64,000 nucleotides of DNA, taken from the NCBI GenBank assembly GCA_014879535.1, contig JACSRX010000037.1, positions 32,629 through 96,628 of the forward strand, written 5' to 3'. How positions within the stretch are numbered: position 1 is the first letter of the stretch; each line of letters opens with the position of its first letter. Source of the DNA: Chthoniobacterales bacterium (GTDB lineage Bacteria; Verrucomicrobiota; Verrucomicrobiia; Chthoniobacterales; JACTMZ01). Shown here in pieces: positions 1 through 11,200 of this stretch. The notes under the pieces were generated by a model that worked only from the letters and a program-made list of their open reading frames with translations, did no database searches and had not been told where the DNA came from. The position numbers and the translations under genes are program-made.

Positions 1-185
1 AAGAGAAACACGGGTGAGAGCGCCGCCACGGGAACGAGCGAAACGATGAGCGGGGAAAGCGTCAGCGAGGTCATGACCCATGCAACCCCCACGGCCTGCA
101 TGAGGGTTCCGAGGTTCGAGACCAGTGACGCCAGCCAGAGGGAGCGGTAGACAGGCGACCGGAGCGGGGCCAGGAGATCGCGCAT
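1..185 (-). CDS. MFS transporter, N-terminal part (gene runs out of the window start)
   Basis: Own minus-strand translation from ATG at 185-183 gives MRDLLAPLRSPVYRSLWLASLVSNLGTLMQAVGVAWVMTSLTLSPLIVSLVP... This looks like the N-terminus and TM1-2 of ENTS/MFS_3-type transporters. It is truncated, so it is absent from the ORF track. Confidence 0.5.
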   Translation of the reverse strand, partial: MRDLLAPLRSPVYRSLWLASLVSNLGTLMQAVGVAWVMTSLTLSPLIVSLVPVAALSPVFL

Positions 186-296
186 CAGGTCCGGCCTTCG
201 TTCCGGGCACCGGCGGGGATGTTCAAATCATCAGCTTTGGCCACGCGGGAATTTTTGCTCGTTCCCTCCGCGGCGTGGAAGCGCTAAAAGAAGCGG

Positions 297-1331
297 ATGC
301 AAAAAGTGCGGACAGCCATTGTCGGTGCGAGCGGCTACTCGGGAGAGGAGCTGGTCTCGCTGCTGGGCCGCCATCCGCAGGTCGAGCTTGTTGCGCTGAC
401 CTCGCGGCAGTCCGCTGGAAAATCCGTGGCGGAAGTCATGCCCCGGCTGGCCGGACTGCCGGTCGGGAATGCGATATTCGTCGAGCCCTCAGCCGCGTCC
501 TTGACGGAGTCCGGGGCGACCACGGTCTTTCTCGCATTGCCGCACGGCTTGGCAGCGGAGTTTGCAGCACCGCTCCGGAAGGAGGGCCTCCAAGTCGTCG
601 ATCTCAGCGCCGACTTCCGGCTCCGGTCGGCGGGCATTTTCGAGGAATTCTACGGCGGTCCCCATCCGGCGCCCGATTTGCTTCCCGAGGCGGTGTATGC
701 GCTGCCCGAGATTTGCGGTGACGCGGCCCTCAAGGGCGCCGGGCTTCTTGCCTGCCCCGGTTGCTATCCCACAAGCATCCTGGTGCCGCTCGTTCCCTTG
801 CTCCGGCGGGGGCTCGTGCGGACGGACTCCATCGTGATCAATAGCCTCAGCGGGGTGAGCGGAGCTGGCAGAAAGGCGGACATCCCGCTGCTTTTCGCCG
901 AGTGCAACGAAAGTCTGCGGGCTTACGGGGCGCCGAAGCACAGGCATCTCTCGGAGGTCGAACAGGAGCTTTCCGCCGCGGCAGGGACCAACATCGCCGT
1001 GACTTTCACTCCCCACCTCGTGCCGGTCACGCGGGGGATGCTTTCCACCATCGTGGTGCAACCGGTCGGCGGGGCCGATTCCGGCAAGGTCGCCGCGGCG
1101 TGGGCTGAGGAATATGCGGGGCGTCCCTTCGTGCGGCTCGTTCCGCATTTGCCGGATTCCAAGCATGTCACTGGCACCAATTGCATCGACATCGCCGTGC
1201 GGGAGGATGCCCGGACCGGGAGGATCCTGCTTTTCAGTGCCTTGGACAACCTGATGAAGGGGGCGGCAGGGCAGGCGGTCCAAGCTTTCAACATTTCCCA
1301 GGGATGGGACGAGCGGGCGGGGCTTCCATGA
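297..1331 (+). CDS. argC: N-acetyl-gamma-glutamyl-phosphate reductase
   Basis: 344 aa. N-terminal Rossmann motif VGASGYSGEEL. Full-length resemblance to ArgC. First gene of an argC-argJ-argB cluster. Confidence 0.95.
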   Translation: MQKVRTAIVGASGYSGEELVSLLGRHPQVELVALTSRQSAGKSVAEVMPRLAGLPVGNAIFVEPSAASLTESGATTVFLALPHGLAAEFAAPLRKEGLQVVDLSADFRLRSAGIFEEFYGGPHPAPDLLPEAVYALPEICGDAALKGAGLLACPGCYPTSILVPLVPLLRRGLVRTDSIVINSLSGVSGAGRKADIPLLFAECNESLRAYGAPKHRHLSEVEQELSAAAGTNIAVTFTPHLVPVTRGMLSTIVVQPVGGADSGKVAAAWAEEYAGRPFVRLVPHLPDSKHVTGTNCIDIAVREDARTGRILLFSALDNLMKGAAGQAVQAFNISQGWDERAGLP

Positions 1332-2539
1332 GCGTGATGAAATCCATCAAGGGCGGCGTGACCGCGTCCAAGGGGTTCCGGGCGGCGGCTGTTTTCGCCG
1401 GGATCAAGGCGAGCAACAAGGGGCGCGATGACATGGCCCTGGTCGCCTCCGAGGTTCCCGCGGTGGGGGCGGGCGTGTTCACGACGAACCGGGTCAAGGC
1501 GGCGCCGGTGCGGGTGTCCCGGGCGCACCTGCGCGCACCGCATGCCTGCGCCGTCCTGCTCAACAGCGGCAACGCCAATGCATGCACCGGGCCTTGCGGC
1601 ATCTCGGCCGCCAAGAAACTGGCCGTCGCCACGGCCGATGTCCTCGATTGCGGCCTGCGCCGCGTGCTTGTCTGCTCGACCGGGCGCATCGGGGTGCCGC
1701 TGCCGGTCGAGAAAATGGTCTCCAAGCTGCCCGAGTTGGCGGCGCGGTTGTCCGCAAAGAACGGGGGTGCCGCGGCGCGGGCGATCATGACAAGCGACAC
1801 CTTCGTCAAGGAATACGCCGTCGAGGTGAAGGCCTCCGGGGGCACCTTCCGACTCGGTGGAATGGCCAAGGGTGCCGGCATGATCGACCCGAACATGGCC
1901 ACGATGCTCTGCGTCGTCACCACCGACGCGAAAATTAGCAAGGGAACCCTGCAGAACGCGCTGCACACAGCCGTCGAACGCACCTTCAACCGCATCACGG
2001 TCGATGGCGACATGAGCACGAATGACACCGTGCTTGCCCTCGCCAACGGCGCCTCCGGCGGCGTGTCGATCAAGGCGGGGTCCGCGGACCACCAGCTTTT
2101 TGCCGATGCCCTGCACGAAGTTTGCCTGAAGCTCGCCCACATGATCGTGGAGGACGGCGAGGGGGTTTCCAAATTCGTCACCGTGCAGGTGCGCGGGGCC
2201 TCCAGCCTGCAGGCCGCGCGCAAGGTGGCCGAGGCCGTCGCCAACTCCACGCTGGTCAAGTGCGCCTGGGCCGGGAACGACCCGAACTGGGGACGCATCC
2301 TGGATGCGGCGGGCTATTGCGGCGTGCGCATCCGGGAGGAACTCGTGGACATCTACTACGACGGCGTGGCGGCGGTGCGCGGTGGGACCGCGGCGCCGAC
2401 GCCGAAGCAGCAGCTTGTCGCGGCGGTTTCCGGCAAGCGTTTCACGGTCACCATCGACCTGCATCAGGGCCGCGCCTTTTACACGGTTTACACCACGGAC
2501 CTGACGGAGAAATACGTGGAGTTGAACCTGAGCGAGTAG
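1328..2539 (+). CDS. argJ: bifunctional ornithine acetyltransferase / N-acetylglutamate synthase
   Basis: Start placed at the internal ATG at 1328 (MSVMKSIKGGVTASKGFRAAAV...), which overlaps the argC stop as ATGA. Typical ArgJ sequence including the TTDA autoprocessing-region context (CVVTTDA). Confidence 0.93.
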   Translation: MSVMKSIKGGVTASKGFRAAAVFAGIKASNKGRDDMALVASEVPAVGAGVFTTNRVKAAPVRVSRAHLRAPHACAVLLNSGNANACTGPCGISAAKKLAVATADVLDCGLRRVLVCSTGRIGVPLPVEKMVSKLPELAARLSAKNGGAAARAIMTSDTFVKEYAVEVKASGGTFRLGGMAKGAGMIDPNMATMLCVVTTDAKISKGTLQNALHTAVERTFNRITVDGDMSTNDTVLALANGASGGVSIKAGSADHQLFADALHEVCLKLAHMIVEDGEGVSKFVTVQVRGASSLQAARKVAEAVANSTLVKCAWAGNDPNWGRILDAAGYCGVRIREELVDIYYDGVAAVRGGTAAPTPKQQLVAAVSGKRFTVTIDLHQGRAFYTVYTTDLTEKYVELNLSE

Positions 2540-2540
2540 C

Positions 2541-3419
2541 ATGAGCCTCCACGATGCCGCCCTGCGCGCCGCCACCCTCATCGAGGCGCTTCCCTTCCTG
2601 CAGAAATTCCGAGGGTGCACCTTTGTCATCAAATACGGGGGCAGCGCCATGGAGGACGAAGACGTGGTGGAGCGCCTCCTGCGTGATGTCGTGTTCCTTG
2701 AGGCGGTCGGCATCAATCCTGTCCTCGTCCACGGCGGCGGCAAGGCGATCAGCGCGAGCATGCGCGCGGCCGGACTCACTACGCGCTTCGTCAACGGGCT
2801 GCGCGTGACCGACGAGGCGTCAGTCCGCATCGTCGAGGACGTGCTCGACCGCACCGTCAATCCGAAGCTCGTGGAGACGATCAACGAGTTCGGCGGCCGT
2901 GCGCAGGGGTTCTCCGGACGCGAGGTGCTGCGGGCGGACAAACTGCCGCCAGTGGATGACGGGCAGGGTGGCACCGAGGACATCGGTTTCGTCGGACGCG
3001 TGACCGGTGTGGAGACGGCCGGGTTGGAAAAAGTCCTGAATGAGGAACGGGTGCCGGTTGTTTCGCCCGTGGCAACGGCCCCGGATGGCCACACGCTCAA
3101 CACCAATGCCGACGAGGCGGCGGCAGCCATCGCCGGGGCCCTGCGTGCGACAAAGCTGATCTTCCTCAGCGATGTTCCGGGGATCATGCGGGACCGCGAC
3201 GACGAGGACTCGCTGATCCCGACCGTGCATGCCGACCAAGTCGAGGGGTTGATCCGCCAGAAGGTCATCGAAGGCGGGATGATCCCCAAGGTTCAGGGCG
3301 CGGTGGCTGCGTTGCGCAAGGGAGTGCAGAAGACACATATGATTGACGGGCGTCTTCCGCATGGTTTGCTTCTGGAAATTTTCACGAATGAAGGCGTTGG
3401 CACCGAGATTGTGGCTTAG
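2541..3419 (+). CDS. argB: acetylglutamate kinase
   Basis: 292 aa. Amino-acid kinase family with the FVIKYGGSAM motif. Position after argJ. Confidence 0.95.
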   Translation: MSLHDAALRAATLIEALPFLQKFRGCTFVIKYGGSAMEDEDVVERLLRDVVFLEAVGINPVLVHGGGKAISASMRAAGLTTRFVNGLRVTDEASVRIVEDVLDRTVNPKLVETINEFGGRAQGFSGREVLRADKLPPVDDGQGGTEDIGFVGRVTGVETAGLEKVLNEERVPVVSPVATAPDGHTLNTNADEAAAAIAGALRATKLIFLSDVPGIMRDRDDEDSLIPTVHADQVEGLIRQKVIEGGMIPKVQGAVAALRKGVQKTHMIDGRLPHGLLLEIFTNEGVGTEIVA

Positions 3420-4539
3420 TGTTGTGGCAGCCGCGGCGCTTCTCGCGCCGGCGCATGCCGAGTTCCGCGGCGCGTGGATTTCCACGGTGCACAATCTGGA
3501 TTGGCCCTCGAAAGGGGCCTCGGCCTCCCAGCAGAAGGCTGAGTTGGTGCGGTTGCTCGATTCCGCCAGGAACCTCGGCCTCACCGACGTGTTCCTGCAG
3601 GTGCGGCCGGAGGGCGACGCGTTCTACCGCTCTTCGTTGGAGCCTTGGAGCCGGTTCCTCACCGGAACGCAGGGGAAGGACCCGGGATGGGACCCCTTGG
3701 CGTTCGCCATCACCGAGGGCAAGAAACGCGGCATCGGCATCCACGCGTGGTTCAACCCCTACCGAGCTTCCGTCAAGGCCGGCGCCCCGCTTGCCTCGAA
3801 CCACATGGCGCGACGTTTCAGCCCGTATGCCTACAAGGTCGGCTCGATCCTCTGCATGGACCCCGGATCCCGCGAGGTGCAGGACCATGTGGTGCGGGTG
3901 GTGGCCGATGTGGCGCGCCGCTACGACGTGGCCGGGATCCATTTCGACGATTATTTTTACCCATACCCTCCATCGGGCGGGTCCGTGAACTTTCCCGACT
4001 CGAAGACCTACCAGCGCTACTGCTCCGCCGGTGGAAAGCTCGAACTCGCCGACTGGCGTCGTGACAATGTGAACCGCCTCATCGCAAGGGCCTCGAAGGA
4101 GGTGAAAAGTGCGCGCCCCAACGCCATCTTCGGGGTCAGCCCCTTCGGCATCTACACCAAGGGCCAGCCGCCCACGGTCAAGGCCGGCCTCGACCAATAC
4201 AACAGCATTTACGCCGATCCGGTCCGGTGGATGCGGGCCGGGTGGGTCGATTACATCGCCCCCCAGCTTTACTGGAAGGACCAGTCACCGCAGAGCTTCA
4301 CCGAATTGCTGAAGTGGTGGCGCAGCCCGGCAGTGAATCCTCGTGGCGTTCCCGTCTATCCCGGCATCGCCGCCTACCGCATGAGCGAACAAGGCTGGCA
4401 GGCCGAGGAAATTGTCAGGCAGGTCGCCCTTTCCCGCACCGTCGGGGATGGCCGTCGGGGCCACGTTTTTTTCCGCATGGGCACTCTCGCGGGGAACACC
4501 AAGGGCATCACCACGATGCTCAAAAAATCCGGCTACTGA
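3388..4539 (+). CDS. glycoside hydrolase-like family 10 (GHL10/DUF187, YngK-like) secreted protein
   Basis: Start moved to ATG 3388, giving the signal peptide MKALAPRLWLSVVAAAALLAPAHA. The mature part begins EFRGAWISTVHNLDWPS and contains VFLQVRPEGDAFY, both typical of GHL10 proteins. Confidence 0.7.
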   Translation: MKALAPRLWLSVVAAAALLAPAHAEFRGAWISTVHNLDWPSKGASASQQKAELVRLLDSARNLGLTDVFLQVRPEGDAFYRSSLEPWSRFLTGTQGKDPGWDPLAFAITEGKKRGIGIHAWFNPYRASVKAGAPLASNHMARRFSPYAYKVGSILCMDPGSREVQDHVVRVVADVARRYDVAGIHFDDYFYPYPPSGGSVNFPDSKTYQRYCSAGGKLELADWRRDNVNRLIARASKEVKSARPNAIFGVSPFGIYTKGQPPTVKAGLDQYNSIYADPVRWMRAGWVDYIAPQLYWKDQSPQSFTELLKWWRSPAVNPRGVPVYPGIAAYRMSEQGWQAEEIVRQVALSRTVGDGRRGHVFFRMGTLAGNTKGITTMLKKSGY

Positions 4540-5372
4540 ATTCCGGTGAGAGCCTTCGCGGCAGCGGCCGATTTTTCCAAGGCGCTCAGCCGGCATCGCT
4601 TTTCAAGCGCCATCAGGCCCTCACGCTGCATTTTACGGAGCAGCGTGAGGTATATGGCGGCCATGACCCGCGCCGGACGCAGCGCGGCCCGGTCTTCCCG
4701 GGGTAGCAGCGATGCAGCGCGGGTGAACAGTTGTGCGGTATCCGCCGCGAACTTCGCCAGAAAATCGCGCCGGCCACCATGCTCCCGGTGGAAGTTGCCG
4801 GCATCCAGACCGGACGCTGCAAGTTCGTCCAGCGGATAATAAAGGCGCCCCCGTGCCAGATCGGACCCCGTGTCGCGCAGAATGTTGGTGTATTGCAGGG
4901 CGCGCCCGAGCGCTTCGGCGTAGTCCGCCGCCCGGGCGGAGTCCGCGCCGAAAATCGGCAGACACATCTGTCCGACGACCCCGGCCACACGGTGGCAGTA
5001 GAGATCGAGATCGGCGCGCGTGGCCATGCGCACCGGCGCGTTGATGTCGCTGGCCACGCCGTCCAGGAGTTCGAGGAACAGCTGCGGGTCCAGGGACCGC
5101 CGCTTGATCAGCCCGCGCAGGTTGTCAGGCAGTCCGGCAAGTTCCGGATCGCGGAAACCCTCGCGCCATGCCTCGAGAGCCTCGAGCCGGGTTGCCGGGG
5201 CATGGTCTCCCGCGTCCGCAAGGTCATCGGCCACGCGGCACAAGGCGTAGAATGTCTCCAAGTCGCTCCGCCGGTCGGCGCGAAGCAGGAGGAAGGCCGG
5301 GAGGAAACTCGATTTGCTCGCACGCACGATGCCTGCGACGTCGAGGTGCGCCGGCGGGAGCAGGGGATTCAT
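4533..5372 (-). CDS. squalene/phytoene synthase family protein (HpnD/HpnC-like)
   Basis: 279 aa. Two Asp-rich motifs are present: CRVADDLAD and NILRDTGSDLARGRLYYP. Confidence 0.8.
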   Translation of the reverse strand: MNPLLPPAHLDVAGIVRASKSSFLPAFLLLRADRRSDLETFYALCRVADDLADAGDHAPATRLEALEAWREGFRDPELAGLPDNLRGLIKRRSLDPQLFLELLDGVASDINAPVRMATRADLDLYCHRVAGVVGQMCLPIFGADSARAADYAEALGRALQYTNILRDTGSDLARGRLYYPLDELAASGLDAGNFHREHGGRRDFLAKFAADTAQLFTRAASLLPREDRAALRPARVMAAIYLTLLRKMQREGLMALEKRCRLSALEKSAAAAKALTGIQ

Positions 5373-6034
5373 GAAACAAGCCGGCCGTCCTCCATGGACA
5401 GCACGCGATCCGCCGCGGCGGCGGCTTGACCGCCGGTTTGAGTGCCCCAGACCACGGTCAGGCCGAGATCATCCACCGCACGGCGTCCCAGCGCGACGAG
5501 CGTCTCCGCTTCCGTTGGGGACTCGGCGATGATCACGCGCGGACGGTGGACGATCGCGCGGGCGAACGACACGAGGGACTGGCGCTCCGGGGTGAGGGTG
5601 CCGGTCACCGATTGGGCGTCGTCCTCCAAGCCGCAGAATTGCAGCGCGAAGAGCGTGTGCTCCGCCTGATCCGCCTCGCTGAGGCCGCCGGTTTTGAGCA
5701 CCGGGAAGGCGATGTTTTCCAGAACCGTGAGCGATGGCAGGAGGGCGCAGGCAGGAAACAGGAAGCCGAAATTTTCCTGACGGAGGCCGTCGCGGGCCGT
5801 GTCTTCAAGCGACGTGGCGACGATATCACCCACCAGAACTTCCCCGAGGTCGGGCTGTTCGAGCAGTCCGAGCAGGTGCAGGAGCAGGTTGTGACCGCAT
5901 CCGTCGGTGCCCGTGATGGCATGGAAACGGCCGGGGTCGAATTCCATGCTGATGCCACGCACCGCCGAGGCGCCTTGGCGCCAGAGCGGGCGCCGGCAAT
6001 GGAGGTTGCGGCAGCGAAGGGGGGGGGCGGTCAT
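5369..6034 (-). CDS. ABC-transporter ATPase-like protein with degenerate catalytic motifs
   Basis: Start placed at ATG 6034 (MTAPPLRCRNL...). ABC-ATPase-like layout, but Walker A reads GTDGCGHN, the signature region reads LTPERQS, and Walker B reads VIIAESPT. The stop overlaps the start of the squalene-synthase-like gene (TCAT on the plus strand). Confidence 0.6.
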   Translation of the reverse strand: MTAPPLRCRNLHCRRPLWRQGASAVRGISMEFDPGRFHAITGTDGCGHNLLLHLLGLLEQPDLGEVLVGDIVATSLEDTARDGLRQENFGFLFPACALLPSLTVLENIAFPVLKTGGLSEADQAEHTLFALQFCGLEDDAQSVTGTLTPERQSLVSFARAIVHRPRVIIAESPTEAETLVALGRRAVDDLGLTVVWGTQTGGQAAAAADRVLSMEDGRLVS

Positions 6035-6124
6035 TGCGCGTTTGCCTGATGGTGTCTGGCGCCACCCGAAATTGCAGGAAGAATCTGTTGCGCGCCGCGC
6101 AGGCCGACGGCACGCTGGCACAGC

Positions 6125-6694
6125 ATGACGCTGGCCAACCAAATCACCATGGTGCGGATTCTGCTCATCCCCGTTTTCGTGGTGTTTGCGGTGTATTACG
6201 CCACGAGTGTGGGCGAGGGCTCCCCGCAGGAATGGCTGCGCTGGAGTGCGGTGGCTGTGTTCGTGGTCGCCGCAGGCAGTGACGCCCTCGACGGTTGGAT
6301 CGCGCGGCGCTTCAACCAGCGCAGCGCCCTCGGCGTCGTCCTCGATCCCATTGCCGACAAGGGCCTCCTGCTTACCGCCATCATCACGCTCAGCGTTTAT
6401 CCGTGGAAAGTCAGCCTGCCACTCTGGTTCCCGGTCCTCGTGATCGCGCGTGATCTCGTCATTCTTCTCGGCTGCGCCCTGCTGAAGTTTTTCACCGGGG
6501 ATATCGAGGTTCGTCCAAGCATGCTCGGAAAGGTGGCCACCGCCCTGCAGATGGCGGCCGTGGCCTGGGTGCTGCTGCAGATCCCCGAGGAGCGCTGGGT
6601 GGTCTGGTGTGCCGGTCTCTTCACGCTGCTCAGCGGCATCGGCTATGTCTGGCGCGGGATGACCGCGCTCGGCGGGGCTCCCCGCGCCGCCTGA
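6125..6694 (+). CDS. pgsA: CDP-diacylglycerol--glycerol-3-phosphate 3-phosphatidyltransferase
   Basis: 189 aa. CDP-alcohol phosphatidyltransferase motif [27 protein letters not shown]. Multi-TM profile. Confidence 0.85.
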   Translation: MTLANQITMVRILLIPVFVVFAVYYATSVGEGSPQEWLRWSAVAVFVVAAGSDALDGWIARRFNQRSALGVVLDPIADKGLLLTAIITLSVYPWKVSLPLWFPVLVIARDLVILLGCALLKFFTGDIEVRPSMLGKVATALQMAAVAWVLLQIPEERWVVWCAGLFTLLSGIGYVWRGMTALGGAPRAA

Positions 6695-6699
6695 ACACC

Positions 6700-8112
6700 A
6701 TGAAAAGAGCCGTCCTTGTCGGCCGACCCAATGTCGGCAAATCCGCCCTCTTCAACCGGCTTGCCGGGCGGCGCATTTCCATCGTGCACGACCAGCCCGG
6801 CGTGACGCGCGACCGCATCGAGGCGGTGTGCCGCACCGGCGCGTCGCCGTTCGGCATCGTGGATACGGGGGGCATCGGCGCAGCGCCCGATCCGGATTTC
6901 GCCGAGGCGACGCACCGTGCGGCGGACGATGCCTTGGACGATGCCGATGCCGTGCTCTTCGTGGTGGACGGCAAGGACGGGCTCCTGCCGCTCGATCGGG
7001 AATTGGCGGCGAAGTTGCGCCGTGCCTCCCCGCCGGTGATTCTCGTGGTCAACAAGCTGGACACCCCGAAACACGACGACCGCGAGGCGGATTTCACGGC
7101 CCTCGGGTTTTCCAAGGTTGTAGGCGTCAGCGCCGCGCATGACCGCGGGATGGATGACCTGCTCTCTGCGGTGCAGGAGGCCTTTGGCGAAGAGACAGCC
7201 GTTGCGCCGGTGCCCGAGTTGACCATCCCGCCGCGCATCGTCATCATCGGCCGTCCGAACGTCGGGAAGTCCTCGTTGACCAATGCGCTCCTCGGGGATG
7301 AGCGGGCCATTGTCAGTGATATTGCCGGCACCACGCGGGATGCCTTGGAGGTGCCCTGCGAACTCGGCGGCCGTCCCTACCTCCTGCTCGACACGGCAGG
7401 CATCCGCCACCGCTCCAAACATAGCACCTCCGTGGAAGTGTTCAGCGTCATGCGCTCCGAAGAGGCCATCCGCATGGCCGACGTCTGCGTGCTGGTCGTC
7501 GATGCCGCGGCCGGCGTGACCGAGCAGGACAAGCGCATCGCCGGTCTCATCCAGAAGGCCCGCAAGGCCGTGGTCGTCGTGGTGAACAAGGCCGACCTGT
7601 TGCCGGAGGAAACGCACGGACGCGAGGGGCTCAAGGAGGCCTTGGAGTCATGGAGATCCCAGCTCTTCTTTCTGCCCCACGCCCCGTTGGTCCTGCTCTC
7701 GGCCAAGACGGGGGACAACCTCCGGCGCCTTGGCACCGTTCTCGAGAAGGTGCGCCAGCATGCCACGCGGCGTCTCGGCACGGGCGAACTCAACCGTGTG
7801 ATCCGCGATGCGATGACCCTGCATCCCCCGCCGGCGAAGGGAACGCGGCGCCTCAAGGTTTTCTACGCCACGCAACTCGAGGAGTCCAATCCCCGTCCAT
7901 TCGTGCCGGTGCGCTTCCTCCTTTTCGTCAATTCTCCCGGTCTCCTCACGCCGACCTACGAGACCTATCTCATCGCGCAGTTGCGCCGCGTGCGCGAGTA
8001 TCCGGGGATTCCCGTGCTCCTCGACCTGCGGGCGCGCCCGGAGTCCGAAAAGCGCGTCCGCGGGCGCCGGGGACGGGCACCTGAAACCCGCCCCGCGCGG
8101 CGCCGCAAATAG
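6700..8112 (+). CDS. der: ribosome-associated GTPase Der/EngA
   Basis: Start at ATG 6700 ([21 protein letters not shown]). Two tandem GTPase domains (second P-loop [14 protein letters not shown]) plus a KH-like C-terminus. Confidence 0.95.
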   Translation: MKRAVLVGRPNVGKSALFNRLAGRRISIVHDQPGVTRDRIEAVCRTGASPFGIVDTGGIGAAPDPDFAEATHRAADDALDDADAVLFVVDGKDGLLPLDRELAAKLRRASPPVILVVNKLDTPKHDDREADFTALGFSKVVGVSAAHDRGMDDLLSAVQEAFGEETAVAPVPELTIPPRIVIIGRPNVGKSSLTNALLGDERAIVSDIAGTTRDALEVPCELGGRPYLLLDTAGIRHRSKHSTSVEVFSVMRSEEAIRMADVCVLVVDAAAGVTEQDKRIAGLIQKARKAVVVVVNKADLLPEETHGREGLKEALESWRSQLFFLPHAPLVLLSAKTGDNLRRLGTVLEKVRQHATRRLGTGELNRVIRDAMTLHPPPAKGTRRLKVFYATQLEESNPRPFVPVRFLLFVNSPGLLTPTYETYLIAQLRRVREYPGIPVLLDLRARPESEKRVRGRRGRAPETRPARRRK

Positions 8113-8240
8113 TCCGCCCCGGCGGACTTTGGCACGGACGCTGCTCTTTCTGTGGCGGGAGGGGGCAAATTTTCTTTGCGCCCCCCGTCGATTTCCCTAA
8201 ATTTTCCCGTTCGGCCAAACTTTATTCCACTGAAGCGCCC

Positions 8241-11200
8241 ATGAAGCAGCCCGCACGCCAAGGACTCTACGACCCGCAATTCGAGCACGAATCGTGCGGT
8301 GTCGGCTTTGTTGTCAACATGAAGGGCACGGCGTCCCACGAAATCGTGGGACAGGGGCTCCAGATTCTGGTCAATTTGGAACACCGTGGCGCCTGCGGGT
8401 TCGAGGAAAACACCGGTGACGGTGCGGGCATCCTCCTCCAGCTGCCCCACAAATTCCTCAGCGAGGTGGCCAAGGAGGAGCACATCACGCTGCCGCCCCC
8501 GGGCGAATACGGCGTGGCCATGGTTTTCCTGCCGCCGGACAAGCAGTTGCGCGACCAGATCGAGAAGCGCTTCGAGCGTGTCGTCCGTGCCGAGGGCCAG
8601 AAATTCCTCGGCTGGCGCTCCGTTCCCACCGACAACTCCACCCTCGGCGAGACCGCGAAGTCCGAGGAGCCCGAGGTGCGCATGGCATTCGTCGGACGCA
8701 ACCCGGCGATCAAGGATGAACTGGCGTTCGAACGGAAGCTCTTCGTCATCCGTCGCCGCCTCTTCAACGAAATCCGCTACAGCGGCACACCCGGCGGCAG
8801 TTTCTTCTACGTGCCGAGCTTCTCGTCGCGCACGATCGTTTACAAGGGGATGCTCACACCCCCCCAGGTCGCCGGGTATTATCCGGACTTGGCTGATCCG
8901 CGGATGGAAAGCGCGTTGGCCCTCGTCCACTCGCGTTTCAGCACGAACACCTTCCCGAGTTGGGACCGTGCGCATCCCTACCGTTATGTCGCGCACAACG
9001 GAGAGATCAACACGCTGCGCGGGAACGTCAACTGGATGCATGCCCGCGAGGCCCAGTTGGCTTCGCCCCTCTTCGGGGACGACATCGAGAAGATCAAACC
9101 CATCATCCACCAGGACGGCAGCGACTCGGCGATGTTCGACAACTGCTTCGAGTTTCTCGTCCTTTCCGGACGGCCGCTGGCGCATGCCGCGGTCATGATG
9201 ATTCCCGAGCCTTGGGCCAACCACAACGAGATGCCGGCGGATCTCCGGGATTTCTACGAATACCATGCCAGCCTCATGGAGCCGTGGGACGGCCCGGCGG
9301 CGGTCGCGTTCACCGACGGCACCCAGATCGGCGCGGTCCTCGACCGCAACGGCCTGCGTCCCTGCCGGTATTACGTCACCAAGGACGACCTTGTCATCAT
9401 GGCGTCCGAGGTCGGCGTTCTCGACATCGACCCCGAACGCGTCGAGTCGAAGGGCCGCCTCCAGCCCGGCCGCATCTTCCTGGTGGACACCAAGGAGGGG
9501 CGCATCATCGCCGACGAGGAAATCAAGGCGGAACTGGCCAAGGCCGAACCCTACGGCGGGTGGATCAAGGAGAACCTGGTCACGATCGAGGACCTTCCGG
9601 ACGGTGCCGAGCCCGCGCATCCGGACCACGACACGGTCACGACCAAGCAGTTCGCCTTCGGCTACACGCAGGAGGACCTCAACCTGATCATCGAGCCGAT
9701 GGCGCGCACCGCCGTCGAGCCGATCGGATCGATGGGCAACGACTCGCCCTTGGCCACGCTCTCGGACAAGCCGCAGTTGCTCTACAACTATTTCAAGCAG
9801 CTCTTCGCGCAGGTGACCAACCCGCCGATCGATTCGATCCGCGAGGAGATCGTCACCTCGACGATCACCACGCTCGGCTCCGAGGGCAACCTCCTCGATC
9901 CGACCCCCGAAAGCTGCCGCCAGATCCAGTTGGCATCGCCGGTGCTCAGCAACGAAGAGCTTGAAAAACTGCGCGCCCTCGACCGCCCCGGATTCAAATC
10001 CGCAACCCTGCCGATCCTCTACGACGTGGCCGGCGGAGGCGCCGCCTTGGCCAAGGCGTTGGAAGGTCTTTTCAAGGAGGCCGACCGCCAGATCGCCTCA
10101 GGCGTCAACATCCTCATTCTTTCCGACCGCGGGCTCGGCGAAGCGCAGGCGGCCATCCCAGCCTTGCTCGCGGTGTCCGGCCTGCACCATCACCTCATCG
10201 AGAACGGCACACGCACGAAGATCGGACTCGTCCTCGAGTCCGGCGAGCCCCGCGAGGTGCACCACTTCGCCCTGCTCACCGGTTACGGGGCCGGTGCGGT
10301 CAACCCTTATCTCGTGTTCGAGTCCATCGAGGACGTCATCAGCCGCGGCAAGCTCGCCGGAATCGACCCGAAGAAAGCGGTCAAGCAATACATCAAGGCC
10401 GCGGTCAAGGGCATCGTGAAGACGATGTCGAAAATGGGCATTTCGACGATCCAAAGCTACCGCGGTGCGCAGATCTTCGAGGCCGTCGGCCTCAACAGCG
10501 AAGTGGTGGACAAGTATTTCAAATGGACCGCCTCCCGCATCGAGGGACTCGACCTCGAAGGCATCGCCCGCGAGGTGGAGATGCGCCACCGGCGCGCGTG
10601 GCCCGGCCGCGACTACCGCGACGAGGTGCTCGATCCGGGCGGCGTTTACAAGTGGCGCCACGACGGCGAGCACCATGCCTTCAACCCGACCACGATCCAC
10701 CTGCTGCAGCACGCCTGCCGCACGGGCGACATGGACGTGTTCCGCAAATACTCCGCCTCGGTCAACGACCAGTCGCGCAAACTGTCGACCCTGCGCGGGC
10801 TCATCGACTTCGAGTTTCCCGAGGATGGGGGGATCCCCATCGAGCAGGTCGAATCCGTCGAGTCGATCATGAAGCGCTTCAAGACCGGCGCCATGTCCTA
10901 CGGGTCGATCAGCTCCGAGGCGCACGAGACCTTGGCCATCGCCATGAACCGCATCGGCGGCAAGAGCAACACGGGTGAGGGGGGCGAAGACCCCGGCCGC
11001 TACACCGTGATGCCCAACGGCGATTCGAAGAACAGCGCCATCAAGCAGGTTGCATCCGGCCGCTTCGGCGTCACCAGCTACTACCTCTCCCAGGCCAGGG
11101 AACTGCAGATCAAGATCGTGCAGGGGGCCAAGCCCGGCGAGGGAGGACAGCTTCCCGGCACCAAGGTCTATCCTTGGATCGCCAAGGTGCGGCATTCCAC

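Noticed and set aside
923-3289. 788-aa minus-strand ORF antisense to argC/argJ/argB. Similar long shadow ORFs occur at 7965-9629(-), 10098-12854(-), 12713-14470(-), 29377-31383(-), 47340-48470(-), 49278-51281(-), 53218-55617(+), 56272-59250(-) and 59030-60418(-).
   Set aside because: All lie antisense to genes with strong, recognisable homology. Their translations are low-complexity and Arg/Pro/Gly/Ala-rich, as expected for stop-poor antisense frames in high-GC DNA.
8112-8130. Hairpin GTCCGCC..GGCGGAC followed by TTT just after the der stop codon, considered as a possible intrinsic terminator.
   Set aside because: The loop is only 2-4 nt and the T-tract only 3 nt. That is too weak to annotate.
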